Below, piece by piece: positions 1 through 13,511 of a stretch of DNA of 64,000 nucleotides. Source of the DNA: Marsupella aquatica (Eukaryota; Plantae; Marchantiophyta); NCBI GenBank assembly GCA_973895155.1, contig OZ316893.1, positions 1,612,860 to 1,676,859 of the forward strand, in the 5' to 3' direction. The position numbers and the translations under genes were made by a program. Numbering within the stretch: position 1 is the stretch's first letter; each line of letters opens with the position of its first letter. The notes beneath the pieces are model-generated. The model saw nothing but the letters and a program-made list of their open reading frames with translations, was not told the DNA's origin and made no database searches.

Positions 1-132
1 GGGTGGAGGCATAATTATGCATACAGTCATCTCTCTGTAAGTGCAAAATACATAAGTGCAGAGCCAGTATAATTGCAAGGTGTCCCATTCTTTTCCAGAC
101 TCTTTCCTCACAATCTTGCACTTTTTGTAAGT

Positions 133-540
133 GCAATAAAGTTCTGCACTAAACTACAAATATATAAATGCAAACCCTCTATAAGTGTTTATGAGCACAT
201 TTCCTTGGCAGCAATAAAGTTCTGCAGTAAACTACACTAAACTACAAATATATAAATGCAAACCCTCTATAAGTGTTTATGAGCACATTTCCTTGGCAGC
301 AATAAAGTTCTGCAGTAAACTACACTAAACTATAAATATATAAATGCAAACCCTCTATAAGTGTTTATGAGCACATTTCCTTGGCAGCAATAAAGTTCTG
401 CACTAAACTACAAATATATAAATGCCAACCCTCTAAGTGTTTATGAGCACATTTCCTTGGCAGCAATAAAGTTCTGCACTAAACTACAAATATATAAATG
501 CCAAACCTCTATAAGTGTTTATGAGCACATTTCCTTGGCA
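133..540. repeat. Tandem minisatellite, 5 copies of a 76-88 bp unit
   Basis: Unit GCAATAAAGTTCTGCACTAAACTACAAATATATAAATGCAAACCCTCTATAAGTGTTTATGAGCACATTTCCTTGGCA starts at 133, 211, 299, 387 and 463. Copies 2 and 3 carry a 10-bp internal duplication. Confidence 0.95.
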
Positions 541-711
541 AGTCCTTGGACGTACAGTAATTGTCATTATCACTTAGCGTCAAAATTGCATTTATGAGGT
601 AAGGGATCACCTTTAGGTCATAGATGTAAATTTTACAAGGAACTCAGCAGAATGTGGACTGACAAACGGGGCCATTGCACTTGGACACACTACACTCTTG
701 TGGACGTAAAC

Positions 712-880
712 TTTCCTGAAGTTTTTCCATTGTATGTGTGTACATGAAGCAACTGAACCTTGGGCCAGCTTGGCCTGGGAATTATGAAAATTGAATGAGG
801 AATAGAGTAAAGTCCAAGTGGCAACAATGTAGGATCAAACTTTTCTTATGTAAGAAGCTGAACTGAATCTTAGTATAAAA
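712..880. repeat. Dispersed repeat, second copy at about 12622-12812
   Basis: Shared blocks TTGTATGTGTGTACA, ATTATGAAAwTTGAATGAGrAATAGAGTAAAGT and AACTGAAT...GTATAAAA occur in the same order in both copies. Confidence 0.8.
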
Positions 881-3800
881 GTGTCAACTGAAGCCTACTC
901 TTAAGGGCCTAGGTCTGAACCCTCTAGACCTTAACTCACAATAGAGACAAAACTGATAATGAGGTTCAATAAGGTTCAATAGTGCGTTCTCTAGGATTCT
1001 TCCTTGTAGCATATAGACTGGTTTCTTCTCAGGATCTGTTCTGGGGATCACTTTTACCCTGCTGGCCGTCCCATCGTTTGGAGATGAAGGATTTATGAGA
1101 TATGGAGAATTTCCATTTTCCTTGCGATGAATCTTTCTTGTGGATGGAGCACATCAGATTATCAGGTCCCCCCTTCTAGTCAGGCCTACTGAATAGTCTG
1201 GTCTATACTCTCGACAGTGGCTGGGGCACCCCATGTGAGCGGTGAGGATATAGCCCTCTGTCCTTTTCTCGGGGCCTTTGGTATGTCGCAGCCTGAGGCA
1301 TCAGGCTCAGAATATGGTTGGGGATTCGGGCTCCGGTAGCTCTCCATTCATGCCATTGGGAAGGAATTCGGTTTCAGACATATGATGGGATCATCCTGGT
1401 GTTCCCTTCCTCTTTTGGGCAGGTTTTCGGTCGCTGACGTTGACTGGCAGATTCTTGTTGTCCCCATCACCTTGTGGGGAAGGTCCTAGGTTTCTGGCTT
1501 TTGTTGGAGGGTCCGTAGCGTCTCTTTCAACTCCAATCTGGCATTGCTGCGGGAGCCTTTTGGCTGCCTTATCAAGAATTGCAGGCAAGTGCAGGGTCTT
1601 GGCTGCAGGGTGTATTCATCGATTCGATTATGTGCCGATTTGCTCTTCATCACGCACCAGGGTTACCTTCTTTGACCCATGATCATTCCTCCTTGCTTTG
1701 TTCCGGCTTTGGCAAGTCTGTTGACTAAGTGGGGAGACTGCAGCAACTCTCAGTCCAGTCGCGGCAGACCTCAATGTAGTGGCGGCATTCGTTCAGCGTG
1801 TTTTGGGGACCAGCAGGGTATGGTCTTGGCCATCTTTGGGACAGGTTCTAGGGTAGTCTCCTGTTTTGTGCAGCCAGGATCCATCCAGTTAGAATAGCAC
1901 TTTTGCGGTTCCTATGGTCACTTTAGGTTTTTCGTCTACAGGGCAATCAATCCCCTCTTTCCGTCTCCCTCTCCCCAGGCGGATTGGACTGTATTGCCCT
2001 TTCTCCTTCCTCTATGGGTGTGCTCCCCCTCTCAGCCCCCTTAATTCGATTTTCATTCTGCTGCCTTCCCCCTCCAGGCGGTTTGTATTGTTTTGGTTCC
2101 TGGTATAAAGTTTCAGGAGCTCCGTCTCGTTTCATTGAAAAAAATTAAATTAAATTAAATGAGGATGTACAAAAGTGACATTAACTCTAAAAAATACAAA
2201 AATGAAATGAGGATTGGCAAAAAACAAGGATGACACAAAAACTAACCAACATAGCATATAAATTTTATTGTGCAAGATTTTTCTCCATATCTATTTATGT
2301 TCAAGTAAATGGTCATGGGACTAGTGATATGTAAAATTCACTCAGGTTTTATGCTTGATAACTCATCTTCACTTGGGGATAATGACTGTAACCCCCTCCA
2401 GCCCCCTCCAGCTGAGAGCCCTGGGGATTAGAGCCCATTAACCCCTCTTGGGGATGGGTTACCCTACACACAAAATAATGCGCATTCCAGATTTTTGCAC
2501 TTATGACATAATGCAAACCCGTAGTAAGTGCACACCGGATTAATTCTTCGTGGGAGTGTGCACTTAGGGAGAGACGAGTGTATCGGGGGGCCAGGGAATG
2601 TTTATGACCGCCCTGCAGGGTCCAAGCAAAAATTGGCTCTTTCCCAAACGTGAAGCTGCACGACGACGATGCGTACTGCTCGGCCACAACTTGACCTTCT
2701 TCAATTCACAAGCTCGCTCAACGTTGCAATGTTGATGAAGTTCGGTGCTCTGCAATTGGTGTGTGATTTCTGTTTTTAAGATTGAAAGCTCCAAAGACTT
2801 CTAAAGTACCCTGAAAACGGATGTGAGTTTGAACTGCTTTGTGTTTGGTCGGTGCGGATCCATTTCTGCTGATTAATTCTGTGATTTCTTTCACTGGTCA
2901 AGTAGGGAATGTGTAAATTCTGTGGAAAAGGGTCGAGTGTGACCTCATTAAGTTTCCATAATTATGCCTTTCGGTTTGGCTTAGTGTGCTGGAAATTCAA
3001 ACAGAGATTGCTCCTTCACCTCGAACCCTTAGTGACTCCTTCTTGCGACAATTCCTTAAACTTCTTCTCCTACCTTTTGTTATTTTCGTGTTAGGGTTTA
3101 TGGTTCTTCTGGCAGAATTTGCCAGCACGCTCGAATTGGTTTTACTTTCCAGAATGTTCGTCAATATTGTATGCCGTGCTCTGTTGGTATGCCCATTTTG
3201 TTACACATCTTGTTTGTGCAGGAAATTTTTTTAACTGAATGTTATCTTCAAATGCTCGTTTTAAACATCAAACAATGGATGTCATGGAAGTCCTCTAATG
3301 TGTGGGTTAGCCATTTAGGGTTTCCTTTGTTCGTGGGTTCTCCTGATACTAGTAGGTGTCCGAAGTTTTTATAGAATCGGGGAACGCTTGACCCATTGCA
3401 TACCTGCACTTTGAAATTGCTATATAACTTTTCTTCGTGGCAATTGGACACAGGATTGCAACTTCTGAAGCTGACATCCATATTTAAAATCTTCAAAGTG
3501 GCTGGACTAGTGTCTATGGCCTTCCTGTATGATGAAGCTGGCCTTGTACCTGTTGCAGCACAGTTGAGAGCCAAATGACCACAGTACAGCTAGTGTCCAC
3601 CATTCCTGAATTTAGCAGACACTCATACAAGGTGCGAAGTTTCATTCCTGAGGATAATCACAGGGTTTAGGGTTCCCCCTAATCACAATGTACCTGGGAC
3701 GTTGGCACATTGACGATGTACGGCCGTATTTTCAAGACTCTTCAGATATGGGCCTAAATCCAAAGGTCCAAAGCGGCAGTAATCATGGGATCCATCAACT

Positions 3801-4161
3801 CACTTCGGACAAAACTGGGTAGTCAAACGCCATGTTTTAGCCACCAAGTCTACACGAGGCAATTACTCCCAAAATCGATTCACGGGGGAGAGTCAGTTCA
3901 TAGCTGGCTGTCAATGTAAATTGCGAAGACCACGATTTCATCTCCATAAACCCGCACTGTCTACACTAATTCATCACTTCGTTACGTATGTGACTTTTTG
4001 CGAAGAGAAGGCTTTTAGTATAGCACAGTACTGCAATGAATATGAGAAGCATCTCATCAATAGTTGATGTACATCGAAGCTGGTTCACAGAACAGTGAAC
4101 GAGGCGGAGAAGAAGTTGAGGAAATCACTTTCGTGGGAGATTAAGCCATAGAATCGATGCG

Positions 4162-6947
4162 ATGCTTCTCGCTGAGAAACTGGCTGAGCCTCTGAGCGAC
4201 CTTCCTCCTGTGGAATTTGCCTTCTCCTATGGTTCTGGGGTGTTCCCTCAGCCTGGTGACACGGAGCGCTTCAAACTGGAGGTGCGCTGTGTGCTAGTCT
4301 TGAAGGTTGGCTTAAAGTTTAGCCAGATTAGGCATGGAAATTTTAAGGTGCAAAAAAGCAGTTCTGTGAAAGTTTGCAGAGCGGCTAATTTGTTTAAATG
4401 ATCATCTTCCCTGACTGTGTTGTTTTTATTTTGTGCAGAAACCAATGGTAGACTATATTCTTGGAGTTTCTTGTCCTGCAGAGTGGCATTCGAAGGTCTG
4501 TCTCAAATGTCGTCCACTACTTTTGCGTACAATGCCAGTTATGATTGCTGGCTCCCTTTGAAATATCAATCCATTACTTTATTCTGTGAGAGTAAGTTGC
4601 AAACAGTACACATGTCTCACCTGCTTTTGGTCTAAATAGGCCATGAAGTCATGAACGTGATACATGTTACTTAGGTTTGCAAGGATCATTGTAGCGAGCT
4701 GTCGCATATCTTCAATAAAGTCTTGACTGTTCAGACCTAAACTGCCGTAAAAAGTGTAGCCACGGACATGTTTCGAAGTTTGGTTCTTGTATCTAATTAC
4801 AATGCAGCAATCCGGACTTGACAGAATGCTCCTCGTATGTCTCAATCATTTCTTTGAAATGAATTCTTAATCATGTCATTCACCCCTCTGCTAGGTGCTG
4901 ACTATTGTATCGTGATTAGTTCAGAATATTGAGAAGAATCCGCATCATTATTCATCTTGGCTGGCAAAATTTGGAGGGAAGTGGGTGAGTTTCCATCTGC
5001 ACTCTGCTGGAATCAAACAGAGGACTAGTGGTATGATCTTAATTTGTGCATTCTCAATATGGGATCTATGGAATTTATTTGTCGCTTTAGGTTTTAATCC
5101 ACCAGCGAGCATTTATAAGCACGACGTTTTCTATCAAGGCTATCAAAGCGAGTTACTTGTCTCGTAACTTATAAGCTACACCTTGTCAACCTCGGCTTGA
5201 ACTAATGCGATTGGATATTTCAGGTCTCTGGTGTTGCTGACAAAGTAGGAGTTGGTGTTCATTTCAATCCCTTTGTGCCGTGGAAAGACAAGGTACCTTG
5301 CTGTGCCATATTGCAGCTATGCTCCTCTACTGTAATCTCCCTGAGTAGCGAAAGCTCACTTCCGGTGCATGCGACCCTACGTGGTTTGGAAATCTTCATA
5401 TAGTCGGACGTTGGTTTTTACCCGGCTTTTGCATGCATTATCAGACTATCAAGTATGGAGTAATGTCGATGGACCGCTTGGAGAGAGACATCTCAACGTG
5501 GAACTGTCTGTATATCAGTGGCCGACTTCAGAAGCCTGTATGTATTGACATGTTTCCTCTCAGCATCATTGGGCAGAAGCAGAAGTTTCGTTCCGCATGG
5601 CTAGTTATCCTGGGTACCCTTGACGTAATTGTATGTATACCATCTTTGCCTTAGATTTCGTGGCACGTTCCAATATGAAGGCTTTGGACTGCACCCAAGG
5701 TCTGTGTCCTTGTGGATACTGCAGGACTCGCAAAGTTAAATGAGACTAATCTCAATGCAGCACTTTTGTCTGCAATGCTACTAGCTCCTCCAGAGTTCAC
5801 TGAGGTATTTCCCTTCGTCATGTTTAAGGTCCTTCTATTTCTAATCTGGCTGACTGAGGTTTCTCCAAGCTTGGTTGGCTGAAAATGTATCAACGTCATT
5901 CTTCGAATCTGGAAGGGGAGATTTCGTTGATGAAGTTCTGGTCTGTTCAATTCTCTCTTTGTCTCATTCTCTTCAGGAAGAACTCTACACGAAAATATGT
6001 GGGCTGTCATACCTGGGGGACATCCGAATGCTATTTGCAGAGGATAGACACAAGGTGGTCTTCACTTTCAATAGCCAAAACTTTCGTCCTTACTAGAATG
6101 GAATGCAGCTCTTCATATTCGCTCAGAATTTCAACTCGAAATTCCTATGTCTATGCTTTTCGAAGTAGAATGTGAAAGCCCTTTGTTTTCCTATGTGGCC
6201 TTACCTTTTACGTGCCTGTTTTTCTACTGCTTTAGGTGCAGAAGATTGTCAGGGGCAGTTCTGAAAAGTTCCAGGTTCTTTACAGAAACGCATTACAATC
6301 TGCTGAATCGGCTGGTTTACTGGAATTACCCACATTATTTGGCACTCACCCTCAGGCCAAGCTAGTCCAGGTTATCTTCATATTGAATTTCATGTCTCAA
6401 GTTTTGTAGGATGTATTTCTTTGTCTCTACGCTTTGCCAATTATTCTAGTATTCGTCCTACATGTGACAAAGTTGCTAGCTACTTCTGAGTCTCTCTAAC
6501 TCGTACATTTGCGCCCAGAGGGTTGACACTGCCAGTGTTTGTACTATGGTATCTGCACTTCCACCTACTATATTGCAACGGTTAGCTGCACAAATTGGAG
6601 TCACTTTTGAGGGCCTACAATCTAGTAAACTTTATTTCTCTCACTCTACCAAATTCGCATCTTGATGTAAAATGGTTATTTCATTGGGCTTGTTTCATCT
6701 GTCCTTCTGGATGCAAAACATGCTTGGGCCGTTGTAATCTTTGAATCCTGTTGCAGGAATGGCTGTTGCAGAGGCCGTATCTCAGGCAAGAGACGGGCAT
6801 GCCAAGCTTCTTCGCCAGGCAATTGGTGGAGTGGTGAGGAGTTCTAGCATTAGACAAATGGTTTCAGGATTTTTTGCTGCTGGAGGTGTGAATGCTGTCC
6901 AGTATGTAGCGAAAAAGGCTTCCAAGGCCTGGCAGTCCAGACAGTAA
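4162..6947 (+). CDS. TAM41: Mitochondrial phosphatidate cytidylyltransferase Tam41/Mmp37 (10 exons)
   Basis: Phase-consistent GT-AG exons: 4162-4281, 4439-4495, 4925-4984, 5224-5292, 5445-5537, 5700-5804, 5977-6054, 6236-6370, 6519-6624, 6757-6947. Family motifs FAFSYGSGVFPQ, MVDYILGV..WH..N..KNPHHYS, GVHFNPFV, IKYGV, LYISGRLQKPV, LSYLGDIRMLFAEDRHKV and SSIRQMVSGFFAAG..NAVQY..KK..KAW. Confidence 0.95.
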
Positions 6948-7830
6948 TTTCATCAACAGCATTTCAGCAATGAAAGCCTTGATGTCTGGGGCCCTCCTTT
7001 CATGAAGAGAATGTTGACTGGCTGTTATGAAATCCACCACATTGTTCTTGCGCAAGACCAAGAAGGTACCGCTTGAAATTGTGCCTTCAGTTTTTTGTCC
7101 TTCAATTTGGAAACTGCGACGAAGTAACATTGGATACAGCCCTGGTGGCATTTGTCTTACGATTGGACTCTATTGCACTGTAATACATTGTGTGGTCCTT
7201 TCCTATGCAGACGACAAATATGAAGGTGCAGAGTCAACCAAGGTTTTGTTGTAGCAATGCTTCCTCGTCATCTAAGGAGAAGAGTGCCGACCCTCTTGTA
7301 ACAACTACTGTCACCATAACTATTATATGATGTCGAGTGACAACATGTTTTAACCAATTTTCCATGTCTGATAGTGGAACTAATCTAAATTCCCAGGCAA
7401 GAATTATTGTCAAACTCCTCAGTTCCTCGGGATAACAGCTTGACATCAGTCTAGTTCGAGATCCCCATTACTGTGCTCGTGCACTTTAAGGGTGAGATCG
7501 TTGCATTCAACATCCCGAAAATAAATGTATGCTGTGGCCCTTTGGGCTTCAGTGACATTATGTGGACATTATGTCAGATGCCATCTTTGTGTCCGCTTCA
7601 TGCTAAGTGTTATAAATGTAGAGTTTCTCCTGAGTCTCAAGGGGGTCCTCAATAGGGGGAATTCATATCATACATGTGGAATGGGTATTAAAATCCACTC
7701 TGTGAAAATTTAAATTAAGTATTCATTTGTCTTTAAACCAATCAAGTATTGGCACTGGACAACCCTGATCCCAATAGTGGGGACCTGTGCACTTTTGCCT
7801 TATAGATGAACAAGTGCACGGCTCATTTAG

Positions 7831-7914
7831 AGGAGGTTGATCAGGGCGAAAAACTTTCTTGGGGGCCGATCAAGTAAAGTTTTACTGGCAGGGGGTCTAC
7901 CAAGCATATCCCTC
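7831..7914 (+). mobile_element. Right-end fragment of the MULE-type MITE family seen at 13.5-13.9 kb
   Basis: Ends in GGGGGTCTACCAAGCATATCCCTC, nearly identical to the right TIR at 13865-13888. The matching left end and TSD were not found. Confidence 0.65.
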
Positions 7915-8746
7915 ATCCATCTTCCCTTGGACTCTTACTTGAAATTCTTTGTTTGTACTTTGCAACCACTAATTGACCTAGTACATAAGGGCAAGATGCT
8001 ATTAGAGAAAACAATAACATTTTAGAATGGTCCATCTGTGGTTGGGCAGTCCATCTAAGCACTTGTCAATCAAAACTTGTAGTCTATGGGAGCTCTGGTT
8101 TCCTAAACTAACCTGCCCTGAAAAGTCAAAGCACAAACTGACCAAACAATCAACTTCAACAGCAGTTTCAGGCAGCGGACAATGCACTACCTTCATCAAT
8201 ATTTTCTATTTTGAGATTGGAGAGGGCTGAAATGATGAGAACCTTAGGGCTGTAAACTATACATGCAAGATGGCTCTAAATTAAAAAGGGCTAATGCTAC
8301 ACTAGCTCCTAGCATAGGAGCAATCAAAGCTGGATCTTGCTTGGATCTAATTTGGATCTCAAGAGTGTAAAAGGAATGATCACCAATTTTTAGAGCTCTC
8401 TTGAAAGTCTTTGCCACTTCTGGCAAAACTTAAGTAGGTTAAGTTAGTCTTCCATGAGCCAGTTTCTCACCTAACCACAAACCCCATTAACCAGAATCTG
8501 ACAGTTATCCTTAAATCTAAGAAGATTTGATGGTCAAAAATTAATCTAGGAAAACTAGATAAAGATGTGCAACAGGTCACACTGGGCGTAAGGCCACAAT
8601 ATCTACTGTGTTTCCCTTGGGAGGACTGCCAATGCCCAGTGCCTGCCAAAGGATATATCTACTGTAGTACCTTATCTACTGTTTTCCCCTTTTTGGATCT
8701 GTGGGATTGTGTCTCCATGCTCTTTTTGTTCTTTGACAGTGTGATA

Positions 8747-10518
8747 TCTACTACTATAATAACTAATCCCGCCAGTTTTAGTCCTTGGTCCCGTTACAAA
8801 AATGAAAAAGGAGGGAACAAAGCTAAGCCATCAGATATTTTATAGAACTATTTATGGCTCTTGGATTGAGTGAGATGGGAACCTAAAATTGGCTGTAAGT
8901 TATAGTACAAGATATGTATCTAAGTTATAGTACAAGGTAGATATAATATGTCATAGAATACTTGCATGTGTTACTGTAGTTATTTTGTAGCTTGCGTATA
9001 ATAATTTTTGGCATGGAGCATCAAAGTGTAAGTATATTATTTTATGGTCTATTAATTTAGAGTACATTTGGCATGGGGCATGAAAGTGAAAAGATTTACT
9101 TGAGATAATGGTTTTGGTAGGGAGCGAGCACTAAGGGGAAGAGAGTAGGTTGACATTATATTATTTTGGCTTTGCTCTTAAAAAGGAGATTTAACTCTTT
9201 GGAAGTTAGTTAATTTTTAGTTATCTTGCATGGACCCCAATTTCTATTTTGCACAATGATATCTTTCACTCAACAAAAGTTTTTGTATAATAATGTATTT
9301 TAACAATTATTATTTTTATTCAATGATTATCTTTTGCACAACGTATGATCTATTTCTCAACAACATCTTTAACCAAACAACATCTATTATGCAACGCACG
9401 GGGATTGAAAGGATATCGAGGGTCAACTTTGCTAAACCCTAAAACACTAAACCTGAAACCGATAATATAATGTTGCTCCAATTTATAGTGGTTGCCATTC
9501 AAATGCATGGGCATTTTGGGTAAAAAAACAAAACAAAGAAAAAGACTCACTCCTTCTTAGTTTCCTTGATTTTTTATTTCATAACATCTTTGACAGAAAG
9601 ATAGCTTGGGTGAAACAACACCATTTTTCTTTTAACATCTTTTACTTCATGATATCTTTGGCAAAATGACACCTTTTTCTTAATACCATCTTTCACACAA
9701 TGGCATGTTTGGCAAAACTACTTTTTTTTAAGACATCTTTTTACTTTGTGACATCTTTCACCCCGTCTTTCACTTAACAACATCTTGGGCAACACGACAT
9801 CTTATTTCTTAACAACATCTTTTGTGCAACGCACGGGTATTTTCCGTGAACGATGTCTTGGCCGACACAACATTTTTTTCTCAACAACATCTTCGCCAAC
9901 ATGACAATTTTTTCTCAACGACATCTTGGCCGACACAACGTCTTTTTTCTCAACGACTTCTTGGCCGACATGACATTTTTTTCTCAATGATCTCTTGGCC
10001 AACACGGCATCTTTTCTTCTCAACGTCTTCTTGGCCGACACGACATCTTTTTTTCTCAATGACCTCTTGGGCGACAAGACATCTTTTTTCTCCATGACCT
10101 CTTGGTTGACACTACATATTTTTTTTCAACGACCTCTTGGCCAATACAACATCTTTTTTTCTCAACAACATCTTGACCAACACAACTACTTTTCTCTTAA
10201 TGACCTCTTGGGCGACACGACATCTTTACTCTCAACGACCTCTTGGGCGACACGACATCGTTTCTCTCAACGACCTCTTGGGCAACACGATATCTTTTCT
10301 CTCCACAACCTCTTGGGCAACACGACATCTTTTCTCTCCACGACCTCCTAGGCAACACTACATCTTTTTTCTCCACGACCTCTTGTCTGACACTACATCA
10401 TTTTTTCTCAATGACATCTTGGCCGACACGAATTCTTTTGTGCAACGCACATCATTTTTTCTCAATGACATCTTGGCCGACACGAATTCTTTTGTGCAAC
10501 GCACAGGTATTGAGCTAG
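8747..10518 (+). mobile_element. Non-autonomous Helitron
   Basis: 3' end is the hairpin TGTGC-AAC-GCACA (10493-10505) followed by GGTATTGAG-CTAG|T, the typical plant Helitron GCAACGCAC...CTAG terminus. Candidate 5' end A|TCTACTACTATAA at 8747 gives an A/T insertion site with no TSD. Internal AAACCCTA-like tract near 9434. The 5' boundary is less certain than the 3' one. Confidence 0.75.
9770..10500. repeat. Tandem array of about 20 degenerate ~33-bp units inside the Helitron
   Basis: Consensus TCTTGGsCrACACGACATCTTTTTTCTCAAyGACC repeated head to tail with no unique spacers. Confidence 0.92.
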
Positions 10519-11446
10519 TATAAAAATAATATGCAAAAAGCTCTATATAAGTGCAAACGTGTATAACTGCATGATGTCTATTTTCTTCCCTTTTCAACAT
10601 GGAGTTTGTACTTGTTTTTTGCCACCTTTTGTTAAGTGCAAAAAGTCCTAAAATATTTCACTGAACAACAGTATGATAATTGCAACCCCTGATAAGTGTG
10701 CACGTACACTTATCAGTAAGCCTACAGTCCCATCATGCCCTCTTTTGGTAGAGCATACACTTATGGAGTAGGATACTGAATTCAGGGCACAGATGAACAA
10801 TTTGGCTTGTGAGTCACAAGACTGTTCACTCTTATCAATAAGTGCACAATTTGACAGTTTTTTCACTCATCACATAGTGCAAAACCCTTTGCTTAGTGCA
10901 CACAGATGCTTCTTCCGGGGAATGTGCACTTAACAGAGTTATTGGATATATGTTGAGCTAATAATCACAGTACTTATTATGTGGGCACGTGGTCAGGATA
11001 GACCTACACACCACGGAACCTTGGCCCAAGATAGATATGTAAAGGATCCTCATTACCTGCACCAAGATCTGATGGCTCCAGTGATTCCTTCACTTTTGGA
11101 TGGGACTAGTGACCGTAGATTGCCCTCTTTGTAAATGCTGAGTATTCCCGTGAAATCTTTACTGTACGAGAGAAACTGACATAGTCTACTTTGAAAGAAA
11201 TGATGAATACTTTACTTGATGACCAATAAATAGAAACAGTAAGGTTGGGCATCAATCATGAAGCTTTATTCCTGTAGCTGAGCAGGACTACGTGAGAAAT
11301 CTTGCATGCAATCTGAACAGGAAATTGGATCATTAGTGGGTCTCCATATTTGAGCATGCATCAAAGTGGTTCTGGTCATAACATCTAACCCTAAGCATCT
11401 AGGAGAGAATCAGGTTCTTGCCCAATGCGAAACATTAAAATTTTAA

Positions 11447-11542
<96 letters not shown>

Positions 11543-11639
11543 TAAATACATTAAGCTAGCTTTCATGATTTTACTTTAAAACAATGTACACTCACAAATC
11601 AGCGTTTCTAGACCGTGACTCTAGGGGCATAACTTGAAT

Positions 11640-12010
11640 TGAGGGTGCAAGTGACAAACAGGGATGGGGGGCAGGGTGAGGGTGAGTCTCTGAACTGGCA
11701 CAGGGGGCATGAATGTCATCACCTCTATTAACTTCTAAGAATGAGCACTCCTGATAGTCTTTGGAATGGGAGATGGCCCTCCCATTTGCTTTGGTGAAAA
11801 AAATCAGAAGTGCCCCCAAGTCTTGTAAACTTGCAGAACTAAAACTGAGGATGCAAGTGGAAAACAGGGATGGGGGAGAGAGTCTCTGAAATGGCAAAGC
11901 GGGTATGAATGTGCTCACCTCCATTTACATCTAGTGCTTCTAACAAGAGGTGGCTCTCCAGCTTGCTTTGGTGAAAAGAAATCAAAAGTGCCCCCCAAAT
12001 CTTGGAAAGC
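11640..12010. repeat. Degenerate direct duplication, period about 180-205 bp
   Basis: GAGGrTGCAAGTG..AAACAGGGATGGGGG..GAGTCTCTGAA.TGGCA and TTGCTTTGGTGAAAArAAATCArAAGTGCCCCC each occur twice. Confidence 0.75.
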
Positions 12011-12817
12011 AGCCCTGAGACTCATTTGCTGATTTGCAGTTGGGTGATGTTATCTACTGTAGATGCTCTGATGTCAGGACTACCTGGTTTGCTATGCTTG
12101 CATCATAATTTATGATCCATCTACTTTATCTGTTGAAACTATAGCCAGGATGGCCCACTGTGTTGGACACAATGCTCCCATGGACCACCCAAATGTGGTC
12201 CATGGGAGTTTGGTGCCCATAACTTGATGCTTATGAATCCTAAAATAAAATGAGGTTAGCACCTGCAAGGCAACTGGAGAACGAGGAGAGAAGAAAAACA
12301 CCAGCCCAAAAATCCCATATTAACACAATGAATATTAACGTAATGGAACTTACCCCTCCCGAGTTTTTTTATAAACATATCAACCAAAATGTCCAAAGTA
12401 TCACAGTCACTTCGATGGAAACAGTAGCTGACCTACTCCTCTAGCATATCCCCAAAACTAATAAATATTTACATTTGTGAATATCAAATTATTACAATTA
12501 TTCTCAAATTTTGGGAAATATGGTCCATGGGGGCTTCAGATTCATTGAAACTCCTCCTTTTCTTAGTTCCAAGCTGAATAGCTGCTGATGTATCATCACG
12601 GAGGCCGGAGTGGGTAAACCCTTCCTGAATTTTTTTCCTTTGTATGTGTGTACAAGGTTACGAGGCATCACCCTCAAGTGAAGCCATAGAACCCCTGGGT
12701 CAACCTGGCCCGGGGATTATGAAATTTGAATGAGAAATAGAGTAAAGTGCAAGTGACAAACAATGACAAATCAGACTTTTCCTATGTAAAACTCAACTGA
12801 ATATTGTATAAAAAATT

Positions 12818-13440
12818 ACTCAAAGTTGGCAATTTGATGTGCCTTAACTCCTTAGCTATGGGTTATGGACACAATAAATTATGGACTACATTATTCATAG
12901 TCCATAACTTATTGCCATAAGAATTGGTCTTTGCCATAACCATTAGTCAATGTAGAGGCTAGTGAAGGAAAAAACAAAGAAAACTTTTACATAGTCTCAT
13001 GAAACAATTATGACCTACACTTTATGACCGAATGCCATCATCCATAATTTCCAAGCTTTGAGATAGTCCATTACCCCCTCTTGGGGATGGGTTCCCTACA
13101 CATTTTGTTGGGTGATCCCATTACCCCTCTTGGGGATGGTAAGTGGGGATAATAGGGAGTCTCAAAACTGGCAATTTGATGTACCTTAACTCTCTAGTTA
13201 TGGGTCAATTTGATGTACCTTAGTTCCCTAGTTATGGGTAAGTTACGGACACAAATAGTGATATGCACTACATAATTCATAGTCCATAACTTTTTGTCAT
13301 AAGGAGTGGTGTTATGCCATAACCATTAGTCTAGAGGCTCGTGAATAGAAAAGCAAAAGAAACTTTTACAAAGTATTGTGAAAAAGTGGCAACCTCTTCT
13401 TTATGACCAACTGCCATCATCCATAATTTCCAAGCTTTGA
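12818..13440. repeat. Direct repeat pair (about 12818-13062 and 13160-13440)
   Basis: Both copies run CTCAAA..TGGCAATTTGATGT.CCTTAACTC ... ATTCATAGTCCATAACTT ... TGCCATAA.CCATTAGTC ... TGCCATCATCCATAATTTCCAAGCTTTGAG. Confidence 0.85.
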
Positions 13441-13511
13441 GCCGCCCTAATGGCTCTAACCCCCTCAGGCTCAGCGCCCTTGGGGATGGGTTACTTGGGG
13501 ACTGGGTTACC

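Larger units (their letters stand above)
24..2580. mobile_element. Non-autonomous Tc1/mariner(pogo)-like TIR element with TA target duplication
   Basis: Left end TA|CAGTCATCTCTCTGTAAGTGCA (24-45) matches the reverse complement of the right end TGCACTTAGGGAGAGACGAGTG|TA (2559-2580) at 18/22 positions. TA flanks both sides and TAAGTGCA motifs repeat subterminally. No transposase ORF inside. Confidence 0.7.

Noticed and set aside
9770-10500. CRISPR-like periodicity (~33 bp) and several overlapping ORFs
   Set aside because: Units are contiguous with no unique spacers, there are no cas genes and the context is eukaryotic. The ORFs are by-products of the repeat.
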